64,000 nt of DNA from positions 992,001-1,056,000 of the forward strand of contig CAXXOA010000001.1 of assembly GCA_963666275.2 (NCBI GenBank), in the 5' to 3' direction. The notes under the pieces are model-generated. The model was not told the DNA's origin, did no database searches, and worked only from the letters and a program-made list of their open reading frames with translations. The DNA is from Oceanispirochaeta sp. (GTDB taxonomy: Bacteria > Spirochaetota > Spirochaetia > DSM-2461). This document shows, one piece after another, positions 62,051 to 64,000 of this stretch. The position numbers were made by a program, and so were the translations under genes. Every line of letters begins with the position of its first letter. Positions within the stretch are counted from its first letter, which is position 1.

Positions 62051-63736
62051 CTAAATTGCCTCGAAAAATATCAACTCTACATCGTAGCCAATCATATCTA
62101 ATCTTTCGTAGAACATATTTAAATTTATCTTACTAAATAATGGAATTGAAAAACTTCCACTTCTATCCTTTTTTGTTATGATACCATATGCAATAATATA
62201 GTTGCTTTTATCAAAACGGTCTAAAGTTGAAAAATGAAGTACTGTATTTGAGATTATAGTATTGGCCTCAATCCTAAAATTCTTATCGTTTAATCTTTCA
62301 CCAGAAACAAGTCCTTGGCTAAACAAATGACTTAATGCACTTGAACCATATTTGAATTTATTATGTAGTAATACAATTTTTCCATTTTCTTTAAAAATCA
62401 CATCACAAATTTCAGTTTTCTTTATAAGTTTTGTATCTAGAAGATCTGCATCATATGAGTTTTTCAAAAATGATGATAAATCTGAGTTATAAACGAATTC
62501 TTTATTCTTATTTTGTTTTTTTGCCTTAAGCCCAATTGCAGATATATTATATGGAAAACTAATATTACGACTTTGACTGATAATGCTTTGATATTTTGCA
62601 TCTACAACTGATATAAAATCATTATTTACTTTGTACCAAACCCCACTTTCTATAAAATAATGTGTATTTTGGTGATTTATATCAAAATAAAGACATTGAT
62701 ATACCTTTTGGGAGAATCTATCTCTATTTGTATTTATATCAACAGCAATTACCTGTTGTCTTTTTATATCATCGACTGATAATGTTAAGTTTTGAACTTT
62801 CGGATAATACTGATCGATTATGTCTAACTCTGGATATCTTGATGTATCAGACCGTCTGGGGGTAATACTTGAATAGCGATAGTAAATTGGTGCATTTTTA
62901 TCTAGGGTTTCAGGAAATGAGAGTAATATGTTTTGATTTTTCTTATTTAATTCATCGACTAATAATTCATCAAGCTTTGAAATCAATCCTTTATCCTTTA
63001 TGATTCGGAAATTATCTACCCAATCAAAACCTTTCCTTCTATAGTCATCAAGTTGATACTTTTCTATTAACATATTAACTATTGATAACAGCTCACTCGA
63101 ATCTCCTGAGTATGAAAACTTAATACTATCTGCACCATCAATATTCTTAAAATAGTCTTCAAATTCGGCTTTTACTTTTCCAGCAATATTTTTTAGTAAT
63201 GAGTTATATATATTTATTTCGTACTCATCAAATTTCGTTTGTTTTCCTGATTGTTTTCTTGTACGTAAAGCTATTTCAGATGGTGTAAATAGATCGGCTG
63301 ATTTTATTTTCTCTTCATCTAATAAGTTTAATGCTGTTTTCAATCCGAAATCATATTCTATTGCTATGGGATTAATTAAAAAGCGGCCGTGCCCATGTGC
63401 AATAATTACTTTTTTTCCATTTATCTCTTTCAAGATAATTAAATCCGTTGATTTATTTTCTAGATTTGGTTCTGGAATTTGCCAAAAATCTTTCCACCAA
63501 GGATTTGGATTATCAGAATTACGGTAATAAACATTATGTGTTGAGGTCGACTTATGAATCGGCCTAAATTCTATTTTTCTATCCACTAGGAATCTATGTA
63601 TTAAGTTGTCATTATTTGTTGAGACACCATTATTGAAGACGCTTCTATTGTTTACAATTACTGAGCTATTCTGAACAGAATATCGTTCATTAAAATTATA
63701 TCCATCTTTTACGAGGTAAATAGTAAATCTAGGCAT
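62051..63736 (-). CDS. DUF6119/TIGR04141-like protein (cassette gene)
   Basis: FTIYLVK, GHGRFL...IEYDFGLKTALN, G.WY.VN..F, EICD, HNK...SSALSHLFSQGLVS, IPLFSKINL. Confidence 0.75.
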   Translation of the reverse strand: MPRFTIYLVKDGYNFNERYSVQNSSVIVNNRSVFNNGVSTNNDNLIHRFLVDRKIEFRPIHKSTSTHNVYYRNSDNPNPWWKDFWQIPEPNLENKSTDLIILKEINGKKVIIAHGHGRFLINPIAIEYDFGLKTALNLLDEEKIKSADLFTPSEIALRTRKQSGKQTKFDEYEINIYNSLLKNIAGKVKAEFEDYFKNIDGADSIKFSYSGDSSELLSIVNMLIEKYQLDDYRRKGFDWVDNFRIIKDKGLISKLDELLVDELNKKNQNILLSFPETLDKNAPIYYRYSSITPRRSDTSRYPELDIIDQYYPKVQNLTLSVDDIKRQQVIAVDINTNRDRFSQKVYQCLYFDINHQNTHYFIESGVWYKVNNDFISVVDAKYQSIISQSRNISFPYNISAIGLKAKKQNKNKEFVYNSDLSSFLKNSYDADLLDTKLIKKTEICDVIFKENGKIVLLHNKFKYGSSALSHLFSQGLVSGERLNDKNFRIEANTIISNTVLHFSTLDRFDKSNYIIAYGIITKKDRSGSFSIPLFSKINLNMFYERLDMIGYDVELIFFEAI

Positions 63737-63844
63737 ACATCCTCCAATAAACTGCTAAACAATATTGTCTTTCTATTTGCCCTTTGTCGACATAACGCAT
63801 TCCTTAACACAAATATTTGTATAGAATGTATTTAACAGCTAATT

Positions 63845-64000
63845 TTATCTTAGCCTGTCAAAGCTTTCTGCTAGCCAGTAATCCTTAAAAACCAATGATA
63901 ATAATTGCTCAGGAATTTCATCCGATATTTTTACAAATGAAATTTCCCAATATTCAATCCCATTAGAATTATCAAGGTTAAAATTATATAATCGCCCAGA
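63845..64000 (-). CDS. 3' end of the next probable cassette gene (partial, unknown function)
   Basis: Open frame from the window end: SGRLYNFNLD...WLAESFDRLR*. Confidence 0.5.
   Translation of the reverse strand, partial: SGRLYNFNLDNSNGIEYWEISFVKISDEIPEQLLSLVFKDYWLAESFDRLR

Larger units (their letters stand above)
40513..64000 (-). mobile_element. Integron gene-cassette array (integrase not in window)
   Basis: Co-oriented AT-rich minus-strand ORFs separated by attC hairpins; complementary cassette ends (ATTTAAC/GTTAAAT, GGATAAC/GTTATCC, ACATAAC/GTTATGT, ATCTAAC/GTTAGAT, ATATAAC/TTATAT, CGACATAAC/GTTATGTCG). Confidence 0.92.

Overview
Two very different halves. 1-40.2 kb is GC-richer core/metabolic chromosome, probably from a free-living spirochaete-like anaerobe (inference only). 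It holds the glycine cleavage operon (gcvT-H-PA-PB), an XPB helicase pair, pyk, an AraC + aldolase + TRAP + large glycoside hydrolase locus, a DUF4037/DUF4125/TPR cluster, qorB/HxlR, an RND pump, c-di-GMP genes (one split by an in-frame TAG), an MCP, recQ and tRNA-Thr/tRNA-Tyr. From 40.5 kb to the window end is an AT-rich integron gene-cassette array read on the minus strand; the integrase/attI is not in the window and is expected to the right. Cassette boundaries are shown by attC hairpins and by complementary 7-9 bp cassette ends. Most attC sites are occupied by antisense class IIC group II introns: 4 full-span copies, 1 IS3-truncated copy and 2 3'-end remnants, from two lineages that insert in different registers of the attC core. 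The introns are themselves hit by a 35-42 bp hairpin micro-element, once in frame within the RT. Cassette cargo includes a Phd/RelE TA pair, Fic, an AAA ATPase, several nuclease-like candidate defence genes and a phage-tail-tube (gp19/eCIS-type)-M23 peptidase fusion with a putative secreted immunity partner. All family assignments are from motif recognition, not database searches.
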